From contig CAKSSY010000003.1 in the NCBI GenBank assembly GCA_934489945.1, positions 21 through 64,020 on the forward strand: a stretch of DNA of 64,000 nt, given 5' to 3'. This document shows positions 63,744 through 64,000 of this stretch, piece by piece. Within the stretch, counting starts at the first letter, position 1, and the number at the start of each line of letters is the position of its first letter. The position numbers and the translations under genes are program-made. Source of the stretch: an uncultured Eubacteriales bacterium. GTDB taxonomy: Bacteria; Bacillota; Clostridia; Oscillospirales; CAG-272. A model generated the notes under the pieces. That model was not told the origin of the DNA. It saw nothing but the letters and a program-made list of their open reading frames with translations, and did not search any database.

Positions 63744-63950
63744 GGGGCTGTTAAAAAACTCGATGTTTTTAACAGCTCCTCCAAAATGCCGGATGGGATT
63801 CCGGGATTTTGGATGCGATCTTGGTCGTTTTTGCCTCTGTGACTTTGTCCTTTCGACTTTCTTGGTGGCAAAATGGTGGTCTCAAGCCGCCGCGACCAAA
63901 GTCGTCGGGGATGTTAAAAAAAACTCAAAATGAGTTTTTTTAACATCCCC
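63744..63950. repeat. Multi-hairpin intergenic repeat, copy B
   Basis: Modules: GGGGCTGTTAAAAAACTCGATGTTTTTAACAGCTCC, AAAATGCCGGATGGGATTCCGGGATTTT, ATCTTGGTCGTTTTTGCC, an extra hairpin-forming insert of about 60 nt, then GGGGATGTTAAAAAAAACTCAAAATGAGTTTTTTTAACATCCCC. Confidence 0.7.
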
Positions 63951-63958
63951 CTTTCGCT

Positions 63959-64000
63959 TCAGAAGAGTCCTGTAATTCTGCCGTTATGGTCGACATCAAT
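63959..64000 (-). CDS. 3' end (last 13 codons) of an unidentified minus-strand gene
   Basis: The reverse complement reads ...IDVDHNGRITGLF-TGA, with the stop at 63961-63959. It is followed by the multi-hairpin repeat. Too short to identify. Confidence 0.3.
   Translation of the reverse strand: MDVDHNGRITGLF

Overview
A 64-kb chromosomal segment with the gene content and synteny of an anaerobic Firmicute. Markers are PolC, EcfA-EcfA-EcfT-TruA, YlmC/YmxH, pyrH-frr-uppS-cdsA-dxr-rseP-ispG-polC and an [FeFe]-hydrogenase. A Clostridia (Oscillospiraceae/Ruminococcaceae-like) origin is my inference only. I saw no rRNA, tRNA, CRISPR array, transposase or integrase. Left to right the window holds: (1) a nitrogen-assimilation island at 1-10693. 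It has a minus-strand operon (type III glutamine synthetase, then an Amt that reads into a P-II domain). This operon is divergent from a plus-strand operon: a three-piece archaeal-type glutamate synthase, a short GlnA, an ANTAR regulator and PyrG. Both operons start at consensus promoters and have terminator hairpins in their leaders. (2) A LysM/CAP protein, a membrane-anchored choloylglycine-hydrolase-family enzyme, a DEAD-box helicase and two hypothetical membrane proteins. (3) A minus-strand DUF951-YfhO-ruvA-ruvB operon divergent from ruvC. (4) A methyltransferase, ecfA-ecfA-ecfT-truA, a CvpA-like protein, a ClpC-like ATPase, ylmC and rpsB-tsf. (5) A GntR(YtrA)-ABC-large permease module, an anion permease, a Wzx/MOP flippase, rplS and an orphan Gp37/Gp68 gene. 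(6) A 10-gene hydrogenase operon (39249-47436). Here the electron-bifurcating HydABC-type genes are interrupted by a six-gene DRTGG / HATPase / sensory-hydrogenase-like / PHP module. I consider this the most interesting system in the window. (7) The pyrH-to-polC housekeeping block. (8) A very cysteine-rich orphan protein. (9) An AraC-regulated sugar-acid/alpha-glucan cluster. A multi-hairpin intergenic repeat occurs twice, in opposite orientations, at convergent gene ends (15892-16059 and 63744-63950). All functional calls come from motif recognition in the supplied translations. No database search was run.
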